NCBI GenBank assembly: GCA_002245135.1
Contig: NGBS01000621.1
Span: 1 to 64,000 of the forward strand
DNA from: Proteromonas lacertae
Taxonomy: Eukaryota
Reading direction: 5' to 3'
DNA length: 64,000 bases
Below the pieces are notes generated by a model. The model searched no databases. It was not told where the DNA came from and worked only from the letters and a program-made list of their open reading frames with translations. Positions within the stretch are counted from its first letter, which is position 1; the number at the start of each line of letters is the position of its first letter. Below, in pieces: positions 51,826 to 64,000 of the stretch. Made by a program: the position numbers and the translations under genes.

Positions 51826-54800
51826 ATGAAGATTGACAGAACTACTCCTCCAGAAATAGTTCTACAAGAATATTATGTCTCACGACAAGAGATTGAAGAT
51901 CTTAATGATAAAATATCGTCTCTTGTCAGTGAGAATGAACAGATCAAATTATTTTTTGATCACATAAAAGCGGACAATGAGCAAATTCGTCAAGAAAATG
52001 CTAAAGTAAGAGAAAAAGACCAGTCAATCAAAGCAGAATTGGATTATACAAAAATCCAATTGGCGTCCACCAATGCACAACTAGCAAACTCTAAAGACGA
52101 ATTTGAAAAACGATTAATTACACTCAACCAAAGAAAAGAGGATACTGACCAAGAGAATCAGATGTTGGTTATGCAATTTAAAGATTTGCAAGAAACTATT
52201 AGCAATCAAGCAGATGAGATTACTCGTCTCAAACAATTAAATTTCGATCTTGAGCAAAAATTGAAAGAATCAATGAATAGAACGAATCAAGCAGAAGCTC
52301 AAGCTACTAAAGATAGATATAATTTAGATAAACTTCAAGCTAAAGCAATGAAAGACTCGGCTGAAAGTGCTAGTCAGACAAATTCACTTAAACAAGAGAA
52401 TGATAAAGCAAAAGATCAAATTAAGAAACTCAATAACAAATTAGAAGATCTTAACAAACTAAATAAAGAAAATGAAGACTTAAAGAATCAGTTACAAGCA
52501 TTAGCAAAAGAATTAGCTTCAACCAATGAAAAACTAAATGAATCCGAAAAAGCTAAAGAAGAATCTGACAAGAAGAATAAAGAGTTGGAAAAGAATTTAA
52601 ATAATTTAAATCAAGAAAATAATAACTTAAAATCTGAAATTCAATCAGCTAAAGATATAAATGATCAATTGCAATCACAACTTGAAGAATTAAATAACAA
52701 AGAAGAAAATGAAATAGCCAAATTAAAAGAAGAATTGAAGAATAGTCAAGAAGAAGCAGAAAAAGCTAAAGATGAATTACAACAATCAATAGATAATGAA
52801 ACAGCAAAAGAAATACCCAATGAAGAAGAAATGAATAGATTAAAAGAAGAAATAGCTAAATTAAGAGAAGAATTGAAGAATAGTCAAGAAGAAAATCTTA
52901 GAGTTAAAGATCAACTTAATGAATCTGAAGCCTTAAATGAAGATAATGAAACAGCAAAAGAAATTCCCAATGAAGAAGAAATGAATAGATTAAAAGAAGA
53001 AATAACTAAATTAAGAGAAGAATTGAAGAATAGTCAAGAAGAGGCAGAAAAAGCTAAAGATGAATTACAACAATCAATAGATAATGAAACAGCAAAAGAA
53101 ATTCCCAATGAAGAAGAAATGAATAGATTAAAAGAAGAAATAGCTAAATTACAAGAAGAATGTGATAGAAAAGATGAAGAATTAAAAGAATCAAAGAATG
53201 AACTGAATGATTTACATGATCGAATTAATGAAAAGCAACTGAAAATATCAATGATCTTCAAGACAAATTGGAGAATAATGATGTAGAGAAATTAAAAGAA
53301 GAACTTGCTGAACAAAAGGAAAAAGTATTAGCTACTGAAAGTGAATTAGAAAATACCAAAGAAGCATTATTAGCTACTCAGGATATGAATAACAATTATA
53401 GTACAGAATCAATGCTACCAACACAATTAGATAATTGTGAAGACGTTGATAGTGTTATTAAGGCTTTTAGAGATATTCTTCAATAAATATAAAGATGATG
53501 TTGAAGAGTTAAAGAAGAAATTAGGTGAATATTAAAGAAGTAGAAGATAAACAGAATGAGAGTGATATAATCCCTAAAGATAAATTATCTCAATTTATTG
53601 AAAATACTAAGCAAAATAGTGATAAAGTTAATGGAATATCTGAGAAGATAAAATCAATAGAAGAAAAGATTGATGAGATAGAAAAGAATGAAAATCATAC
53701 AATTGAAGATGTAAAAGTTTTACAACCAGATATTGAGTCAATAAGAACTGATATGATTGAAGAAAAGACTCAAATCAATCAATTAGAAAAATCATTAAAC
53801 AGACTGAATTGATTTATCTGAAATGAAAGATAAATTGAATGAACTAAACGATAATACTGATAATTCATTGAAATCAGTTGGAAAGATTGAAGAATCAATG
53901 AAAAACTTAGAACAATATAAGAATTATGAGAAAGATGATAGTAAAGTGATTAAAAGTACGTTAAAGCCATTAAAGGATAAATTATCAAAACAGAAAGAAG
54001 AAATTGATAATCAATTACATTCAATTGATTACTATGATTGAGAATGGTGCTGGTAGTGAAGAAAGCTTAGATAAAATGGATTCAGAGACTAAACAATTAC
54101 TCTTAGAATCATCTAAAGCTAAAGATGAGTTAGTAGATTTGAGTAGTAAATTAGATAACTGTGTATTAATAATTAGTGATCGTGGACAGCTTGAAAAATT
54201 ATCAAAACAACAACAATCACAATCAGATCATCTTGATAAATATGAAAATGCTTTGAACAAATTAAAATCAAAAGATAGTAATTTAGATTCTCAAATTGCT
54301 GATATTAACAATTCTATTATGAAGAATAAGGAGAATTGTAATGATATTAAGGGAATGATTGAGAAAGAGAAGGAGTTATGCCATTTGAATAGTGATGAAG
54401 AAGGATCAGAAGATAATGCATTTGATCAAAATAGATTTGACAATGATTTAGAGGAGATTAACAACAAAATCGATGAATTAGACAATGAATTGAAAGTATT
54501 AGATGAAAAGGTTGATGGTATTAATGAATTATCAGATATTATCAACGATTTAGAATCTTTAGAAGGAAGAAAGAAAGCTATCAATGATGAAATAGAAAAA
54601 TTGAATGGTATAATAGATCATTTGAATGATAATGAAAATATTGAACAAAAGTGAGATAGAAAATGTTAAGAAAGATAGTGATAAAATAACTAAAGATTTG
54701 AATGAAATAAATGACAAGATCAATAAAGTAAAAAACAGTACATCTAACAGCAAAATCGATGATTTAGATGACAAGAAAGTTGATGGTGTTAAGAATGATG

Positions 54801-57800
54801 TTAATAAGTTGGAAGATGAAATGAAAAACATATTCAAAGATTTAAGTGATTTGAATAAGAAAGTTCATGAGTTAGAACAAAGACCATTCACTGAAAGTAC
54901 ATTACAAAAGCCAATGAGATATGAAGGAGATGAAAGTGCATTACCACAGGATGTAGATGAAATTAGAGAACAGATTAAACGATTAAATCAACAATTAGCT
55001 GATAAAGAAGATGTATCATTGGATAAACTAAGAGATAAACTTCACAGTCTGAATGAAGATGCTGAACAATTGGAAAATGAATTATCTAAAAAGAAAGAGT
55101 ATTTAATGGAATTAGAATCAAATCCATCAACAACACCTGAACAAGTAAAGTCAATTGAAGATGATATCAAAAGAATGGAAGAGAACTTAGATAAAATAAG
55201 AGAAGGATTAAGAAATGAAGAAACTAAAATACACGAATTAGAAGTTCAAGGAGAACCAACCAATGATGAAGAAGAAAATAAACATAAAAACAAGCAAAAA
55301 GAGATATTTGAAGAATTACAAGGAATTAAAGGTGATATTCAAAATACTAACAATGATTTAGATAAACTCAACAAATCTTTACATCAATTAGAAGATGTTA
55401 GTCATTTGAATGCATTAGTTGATTCACATGAACAAACTGGTTCGATGTTGCATGATGATTTGACTCATTTAGATGATTTCTTTAATGATTTAGAGGAAGA
55501 AGATTTCTTAGATAGATGTAAATTATATAAAGATGAAGAGAGTATTAATCCTGAATGTCCCAAAGAAGAGCAGTTATGTTAATGCTGCTAAGAAATTAGA
55601 TGAAGAATTAGGAAAGAAACAGGAAGAATTGAGTGAATTAAAGAAAGAAATAAGTGAATTAGAAATCAATAATACTCCAAAATCAAGTGAGGAAATTAAT
55701 AAGATGAAGAATAAAGCCAAAAATCTTGAAAGTGAATTAGCTGATTTATATAGAAAAGGAGATGAATTGAAGAAAGCATTAGATTTGATTAAGAATGAAA
55801 TGTTCAACAAAATGGAAAAGAAATTACCAAAAGATGAAGAAAATCTATCAGATTTAGAAAAAGAGAATGATCAACACTTTGAGAAAGTAACTGAATTGAA
55901 ATATAATGAATTTAGCTAATCCTGATTTAATACCAATTTGTGAAAGGATTATTAAAGGTGATGCTGATAAGATTAATGAGTTGAGTTCTGAATTAGCTTC
56001 ATTAAAAGGTCAATTAGAAACAATTAAGAATGACATTGACAATTCCTCACCTGAAACTATAAAGAATTTGGATAATAGCATTAAAGAGTTTGAGAACAAA
56101 ATGGATGAATTGAAAACTGAAGAGAAGAATATCAATGACACATTGCGTGATATTGATGAAGTGATAAAACAAAAGAATAGTTTAAGTGATTTAAATAAAA
56201 TGGGAAATATTTGTCAGAACAAATTGAATCAATTGAAAGAATAAAGTTGATAGATTAGTTCCAGTATTACCCAGAAGAGGATCAAGAGAAGAAGAAGAAG
56301 AAAAAGAAGAAGGAGAAGAAGGAGAAGAAATTGATGAAGAAAAGAAACAGTTACAATTGTTACAATCAAGCATTAATGATACTCAAAACAGTCTTGATGA
56401 AATATGTAATGAATTACAAGAAGAAAAAAATCATTTGGATGAAATTAAAGAAGAAGAAACAGATAAATGTCATGAGGAGATTAAAAATAGCAAAGAGAAT
56501 CAAAAGAAAATCGAAGATGAAATAGAGAAGGTTCAATCTGATTTACAATCAATTCAAGATGATTTGATGAATTTATTGGCAATTGCAGCAACAACAATCA
56601 GAGAATAAGTTAGAAGGGAAGAATGATGATATGTTACAACTAAGTGAAAAAATGAATAAATTAGAACAAGAATTGAATAATTCAAAATCACAATTGAATG
56701 ATGAACAGATTAATAACGATGCATTGAAAGAAGAAATTGCAAATTTGGAGAAACAAATTGAAGAATCTAAACAGCTATTAGAGAATGAAAATTATGGAAG
56801 TGCTTGGTAGTATAGAAGCTAATTCGTTAGAACAATTATTAAGTGATAGAATTAGAGTATTAAAATCTGATGTAACAAGAATAAGAAATCTATATAATAA
56901 GGTTAATGAGGATTTACAAACTTATAAGTTTGATAAGAAATTATCAAACAAACCAGAGGTTGTGAAGTTAGAATCTACATTATTCAATGTTAATGAATCA
57001 TTAAATCAATGTTCTGATGAAATAAAAGAAGAAGATAGTATTCTAAGTGAATATGAAACACAATCTGAAGTTGATATAAGTAAATTGTTGGATTTACACC
57101 CCAAACTATTGAAAACTGAAAAGAAACTTAAAAATTCTGAAGATCAATTGGTAGCTGATTCTTATTTGGCTAATTACAGTGATTTAGTTAAAGCAAGAGA
57201 AGAAATACAATCAATTGAAAATGTACAACAAGATCAAGGACAAAAATTAGAAGAGAAAGAGAAAGAATTACAATCTGCTACAGATGAATTGAATCAAAAG
57301 GTTCAACAATTACAAGCATTAGAAGATCAACTAAAAGAAACTGAAAAAGAATTACAGAATGAAAAAGATAAGAATTTAGAAAAAGAACTGAAACAGATTA
57401 GAGAATGATCTTGAGAATGCTAAAAGAACAATTGTCATTACAACAAGCTAGATATGATGGTTTGAATTTATCCACATTAGAACAACAGTTTGAAGGAGTT
57501 GAAAGAAGAAGCAATACAATTAAATAAAGAGTTAAAGAAAAGAAAATTTGAATTAAAAGCTATTCAAGATGAAAAGACTGGAAAGAATGATAATGATTTA
57601 GTTGTTGATAATAAATTAGATGAAATATCACAGAAACTAGATGAAACAAAGAATGGATTATATGAAGCTGAAGAATCTTTTGTTGAATTTCGTAATGAAA
57701 TCAGTAATTTAGAAAGTGAAGAAAAAGAAAGCAGAAGAAAGGAAATAAAAGAGAAGTTAGATATTCTTGGTTTTGCATTAAGAAATGATAAAGAAAAAGT

Positions 57801-60800
57801 AAGTGATTTATCATATGCTTTAAAGTGGTTGAAAGATGCTAATAGTCTAGACGAACAGATTAAAGTGAATGAAGCTACATTGAATGAATTATTGAAGGAA
57901 ACACATGATTTACAAGATAGTTTCAATTATCTTGATGAAACTGATTATTTAGATGAATATAAATTGGCTGAAACAATTGATCCTAAAAAACCAAAGAAAT
58001 CAAGTTATGTAAATGCTACCAAATGAATTAGTAGAGAAATTGGAAGAACAACAAAATGAAATGAAAGAACTTAAAGAGAATTTGGATAATTCAAATATTG
58101 AACAATTTGAAGAAGCAAGTCGTAATGTTACTATTTATACCTTAAAGACAGAAGAAATTAAGAAAGATTTAGGTGAATCAAAGAAAGAAACTAAAAACTT
58201 AAATCGTTCATTAAAAGCTATTAAGAGTGATATATATGCTCGTGTATATGGTAAAGTCAAACCTGGATTAAGTGATTTAAAACAATTAGAATCACAGAAT
58301 AAGAAGAATAAAGATACTTTAGATGAATTGAGTTATAATCCATACAGTAAAGATGATTATAGAAAGAATATTGAAGATAGAATGTTGCACAATAGTGATG
58401 CTGTTAAAAGACAAACTAAGAGTTATAATATGATTGATTCATCCTTAAATGAAATTAAACCTCAAGTACAATCAACTCCAGTTGAAAGATTGAAGGAATT
58501 AGAAAATCAAGTGAATAAATTAGATGAAGATTACAATAGAATTAAAGAAGAAAATGATATATTAACTGATTCTATCCAAACTAATAGTAAATTGATTGAT
58601 CAGAGACAAAGTGCTTATGATCTTGAAACAACTGCTAATTTATGTAAAGGACAAATTGATGATTTAGGTGATAAGAGTAGAAGAGATTAAGAAAGTCACC
58701 AAATTGTACTGAAAAGAAACTTATTCCTTTACAGAAGAAACTAAGTGAATTAGATAAAGAAATAGAAAAAATAAACGAAGATATTCAAGGTGAAATATCT
58801 AAAGTTAATAATGTTGATGATAGTGATACAGAAAAGTGTAAAAATGTTATTGTTGCTAGTAAAGACAATCAAAAACAAATAAGTGAAGAAATTGCAAGAT
58901 TAAAAGAAAAATGTTCAAATCTAAGAAATGATTTACTTCAAGTTGAATTAGATCCAACCAAGATATTAGAGGAATTGGAGAATGTAAAGAATGATAATAA
59001 ATCATTGAATAATGATGTTGAGATGTTGAATCATGAGATTTCAAAGTTACAAAATGAGTTAGCTCAAGAAAAAGAAAAACTTAAACAAAAGACAAGAGAT
59101 AGTAATAACTTGGAAGAAAAAGAAAAGTCTGTAGAAAGTGCTTTAACAGAATCAAAAGAACAAATCGAAGAGTTGAAAGAAGATAATAATGATTTAGAGA
59201 AGCAGATAGAAGAATTAAACAAAGCATTAGAAAGTGTAAAAGAAGGTGAAAACAATTCTCAATATGGTTTATTAAATGAATATTTAGATGATGAATTAAA
59301 GATGTTAGAAGAAGATTATAAACGTATCAATGGAATTGCTGATCATTGTAATGAAAATTTAATCAAATTAAAGAAGAATGAAGAATTAAAGAAGAAGAAA
59401 TATATAAAGAATTTAGAAAAGAGTTTGAAAGAAGTTCGACCTGAATTAAGTAAATGTAATGATGAGATAAAAGAAGAGCGTGATATGTTAAATGAATTTG
59501 AAAGTAATCCTGATACAAGTAGTCAATTATTAGATGATTTACATCAAAAGATGAAAACAACTGAGAGTAAACTACGAGATTGTGAAAGTAAATTATTAAA
59601 GAATGATGGTGATAGTATTGATGGTTTATGTAAGAGTGTGATAGATAATCAAAATGAATTAAATAAAGCTGAAGAATTATTAAAGAATCAAAATGATAAA
59701 ATCGATAATTTAGAAAGTAAGATGATGAATAATGAAGACTATATTGGTGATGAATCAATCGTTCGAGCCGAAGTATTGGGAATTTGTGAGTTAAATGATT
59801 TAGGTGATGAAAGTTTATTAATGGATAATGAAATGGGTAATTTAGAAAGTAGTCCTGAGATGATGAAAGATAAAGTTGATGATTTAGAGAATCGTGAAAT
59901 GCATAACAAAATAGATGAATTAAAGAAAGAATTGAATAATTTAAAGAAATACAGTAAAGAAGATAAACGAGAACTAGAAAAGAAGAATAAAAACCAGATA
60001 GGTGAAGATGACAATGATATAAAACTGAAGAAAGATTTAGATGAAATTGATAATAATTTGAAAGATATTGGTGAAGAAATAGAAAAGTGTGAAAAAGCGA
60101 TTAATAAACTTGAAGAGAATCAAAAAGACTTAGCTGAATTTGAAAAAGCTAATGATCGAAAAGAGATTCATGATGATTTAAAATCGATAGAAGAAAAGTT
60201 GAATGAAAACGATAATAAACTCGATAAATTAGAGAATAAGATGAAATGTTACGAAGATATAAGATGTTTGAATGATATGTTAAAAGATAATGAGAATAAT
60301 TTGAATGATATAAATGAAAATGTGAAAAAGATAGGTGATGATTTTAAAGACTTGAATGAAGATGATTATTTGAAAGAGAGTAAACTATGTGAAGAAAGTG
60401 AAGTGATAGATCCAAAGAAGAACAGTTATATAAATAGTTTGAACGAATTAAAAGAGAAGAGTGTTGAAAGTGAGAATGATCTGAATGAAACAAAGAAAGA
60501 ATTAGATGAGATAAAAGTAGATGATGATGAAGAAGAAAAAGATATTGAAGAAATGAAAGAAAAATTATTCGAGTTAGGAAATAAAGAAATCGATTTAAGT
60601 GTAAAATTCGAGAAACTAAAGAATAATTCAAATGAATTAAAGAATGATTTAAATGATATAAAAGATGTAAAAATGAAATTAATCGAAGAGAAAGAAAAGA
60701 ATGTAGAAGAAGATTTAAGTGAATTAAAGAAAGAAAATGAAAAATTACATAATCGACTAAAGAAATGTGATAAAGATTTGTTAAAGAATAAAGAAGTGAT

Positions 60801-63800
60801 TGATAAATTAGATAAGCGATTAGAAGATATGAAATGTGAATTGGATGAGAATGAATTAGAAAATTTCGATATTGAGACAAGTAAAATAATTCCAATGAAA
60901 GAAGATCTGGAGAATGTGAGAGTGAATGAAATAAAAGAATTAGAACATAATGTAGATGAGATGAATGAAAAATTAGAGAAGTTGAAGAATGAAAAAGACG
61001 AAATAGAAGAAAAGTTGAAAGTATTAGAAGATATGAATGATTTAAAAGAAAGTATTGATGATTTAAATAAAGATGTTGAGTTATGTAAAAGATTAGATGA
61101 TCGAGTTCATAACAAATTGAACAATGTAAAAGAGAATGAAAGTATGTCTAAAGAAAAGATGGATGAAATAGAAGAAGAATTAAAAGATATAGAAAATGAA
61201 TTATACAGTAAAGAAAAAGAGATATTAAATGAGAATGAAAAATTATTAAATGTCGATGAAAATGCAGAAGATATAGAAGATAAATTGAAAGAAATAAAAG
61301 ATGATATATTAAGAGAGAAGAAAGAAGTTGAAGAATTGAAGAGTCGATTAGAAAAGTTATGTGATGAAATGGGACTGAGTAAAGATATAAGTGGTGATAA
61401 TAGTAATATATTTGATGCTGAATTATTAAAAGAAATCGATGATTTAAAGATGAATGATTTAGAAAGTCGATATAAAGACTTAAAGAAAAAGAATGATAAA
61501 TTAGAGAATGAATTAAGTAAATTAAAGAAGAATATAAATAAATTGAATGAAGATAAGATAGGTAAAGACGATAATAGTAATGATATGGATAATAAGTTAA
61601 GTGAATTAGAAAATGAATTAAATGAAAATGACAATAAATTGAATGAAATCAATAATGAAATAAACGATTTAAAGAATAATAAAGATGATTTAAGTGTAAA
61701 TGAAAAGAGTGAAAGTCGAAGTAAGATAAAGAAAGAGTTGAATGAAATGAAAGATCGATTAGATGAAGATGAAAAGAGTTTAGACGATTTAGAAGATAAT
61801 TTAAAGAATTTGAAAGATATAAATACATTGAATGATCGATTAAAGACTCATGAAGATGATTTATGTAAATTGAGTGATGATTTAAACAAAATTCAGAACG
61901 AATTGAGTGAATTAGAAGAGAAAGATGTGAATGATGAATGTAAGATAATTCCAAAAGAAGAATTAGATAAACTCGAGAATAAAGAAATGAATGAAGAAAG
62001 TCCTAAAAAGATAGTTATATAAACAGTTCGAAATATCTAAATGAAAAGTTAAAAGAAAAAGAAGATAAGATGAAAGAAATTAGTGATGAATTGAATAAAT
62101 TAGATGTGATAAATGAGAATGAAGATGATTCAATGAATGAGAAACTAAAAGATTATAATGACAAAATCCAAGAATTAGAAAAAGAAATAAAAGAGTTGAA
62201 AAATGATACAAATAAATTAAATAAGAATGTAGATACAATGAAAGATGAATTATATAACAAGATGAAGAGTGAAAGTGATAATGGTGAAGATAAATTATGT
62301 GACTTAAAGAAAGAAAATGAAAAGTTAGATAATCGTTTAAGTAAATTATTGATAGATGATGCAAACAATAAAGATTTAATTCCTGAATTAGATCATATGT
62401 TAAATGAAGATAAAAAGTAATATAGAGGAAAGTAAGAATAAATTAAGTGAATTTTCTGGAAAGTTGAAAGCCGTAAATCCAAAGAAGAATGAAGTATCTG
62501 TTGAGAAATTAAAGAATTTAGAAAAAGAATATGATGATCTTGAGAAAGAGATGAATGATTTAAATGATAATGAAAAATATGTAAAAGATCGCTTAGATAA
62601 TATCGAGAATGTAAAAGAGAATAAAGAAAAATTAGAAAACTTAAAGAAAGAATATCAAGATAATAATAACAAGATAAATGATTTACATAAGAAGATGGAA
62701 ATATTAAAGATCGATTTAAATGATGATCCTTCAAGTGAATTAGTATTAGAGAAATGTGAGAATGAATTAGAAGAGATGGAAGAAGTAGTTCCTTCAATTG
62801 AAGAAAAGATAGATGAAGAGACAAAACGATTAGAGAATATAGATGAAAATGAGATAGAAAAATGCGAAAGTGAATTAGAAGAAAGTAATAAAAACGAGAA
62901 AGAAATCGAGAATAAATTAGATGAAATGAAAAATAATCTAAATAGTTTAGAAGATATATTGAATAATTTAGGAAAGAAGAGTGGTGAAAATGCCAATAAG
63001 AAATATATCGAGAAACTAGAGAATCAACTAGAAGAACAAGAAAAAGAATATGATGATTATAAACTAAAAGACTTAGAACGAAAATATGCTGAATTAAAAT
63101 CTGAATGTAAAGCATTAGAAAGATCGTTAGAGAATTACAAAGATGATGTAAATGATTTAGAAAGTGAGAGTATAGGAAAGAATGACATAAATCTCGCAAT
63201 TCATAACAAGTTAGATACAATGCAACAAAGTCTAGAAGAAGAGAAATCTAGTTTAAATCGATGTAATGATTTAATAACCGATTATAAAGACAATAAGAAT
63301 GATTTAAATCATGATGAAAAAGATGAAAGATATAATGAAATAAACGATGAATTAGGTGAGACAAGTATAAGATTAATGAATGATCGAGATCAATTAAATG
63401 AATTAAAGAAATCAATAAAATGTTTGAAAGATGCCACAAGTTTGGATGAAAAGATGCGTGGAAATGAAGATACAATAAAAGAGATAAAGAAAGAATTAGA
63501 CAATTTAAATAAAGAATTTGATGATTTAGAAGAGAGTGATTTCTTAGATGAATGTAAGATAGGTAAAATCGAAGATGATGAAAATCCAAAGAAGAGTAGT
63601 TATATAAATGGTGTAAATGAACTAGATAAAAAGATGGATGAAAAAGCTAAAGAAATCAATGATTTAAAGAAAGAAATAAACGATTTAAATCTAAAAGAAG
63701 AAAGTGAGACAAGTCAAAAATTGAAGAATCTGAGTTTTAAAGAACATGATTTAGAAAAAGAAATAAAAGATTTAAAAGATGATTATAAAGATTTAAACCA

Positions 63801-64000
63801 TTCTTTGTCAGTAATAAAAGGTGATATTTGTAGTACGTTAAAATCTAAATTACCAAAAGATGAAGATCGTTTTAGAAGATTTGAGTAAAGAAAACAAGAA
63901 ATTGGAAGAAGAATTACGAAGTCAAAACTATAGTAATCCCAACAACGAAGAAATAATGAAGATTAGTAATGATGATATATTTAGAAAGTAAGAAGAATAT
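51826..64000 (+). CDS. Giant (>4000 aa) acidic coiled-coil protein, 3'-partial, broken by ~20 single-base frameshifts
   Basis: Abutting same-strand E/K/N/D/L heptad ORFs join seamlessly with 1-nt shifts. No introns are needed. Internal repeats occur at two scales. Confidence 0.8.
52711..53160 (+). repeat. Coding tandem repeat, 138/150/138-bp units plus a partial unit
   Basis: Units start at 52711, 52849, 52999 and 53137 and encode EIAKLREELKNSQEE...DNETAKEIPNEEEMNRLKE. Confidence 0.93.

Noticed and set aside
59064..63589. Long antisense ORFs rich in S/F/L/H (also elsewhere in the ORF track)
   Set aside because: These are shadows of E/K/N/D-rich sense codons with no independent coding signal.
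1..64000. Blastocystis-type stop codons created by polyadenylation, or a non-standard genetic code
   Set aside because: Every gene end I reconstructed has a genomic TAA, TAG or TGA. Internal stops are explained by introns or indels.

Overview
This is very AT-rich, gene-dense eukaryotic nuclear DNA with tiny GT-AG introns (mostly about 25-45 nt, donors GTAT[A/T]) and intergenic gaps often under 100 bp. That architecture resembles Blastocystis-like gut stramenopiles, but the taxon is an inference. About 22 protein genes can be reconstructed by joining ORF fragments across introns and single-base indels. They are CCDC87-like, syntaxin-18, THOC2, a pseudokinase-LRR fusion, RecQ, NDR kinase, ABCB/MDR, two myotubularin paralogues flanking Hsp104/ClpB (which has clear heat-shock elements), SLC35F5-like, HYPK, ULK4, a SAM methyltransferase, a dCache-Ig-class C 7TM-RGS receptor, a FANCD2-like protein, several hypothetical or coiled-coil proteins, and a >4000-aa intron-poor coiled-coil protein with nested repeats that runs off the window. 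Two regions stand out. (i) A ~2.2-kb accessory island next to tRNA-Phe (3830-6060) holds an orphan SSB-like ORF, Tc1-type and possible hAT transposase relics, a TG..CA foldback MITE with 5-bp TSD, and a multi-hairpin structured-RNA candidate. (ii) The Cache-7TM-RGS receptor. Frequent 1-nt frameshifts in conserved genes are most likely assembly errors. All protein calls come from motif recognition by eye, and no database search was run.
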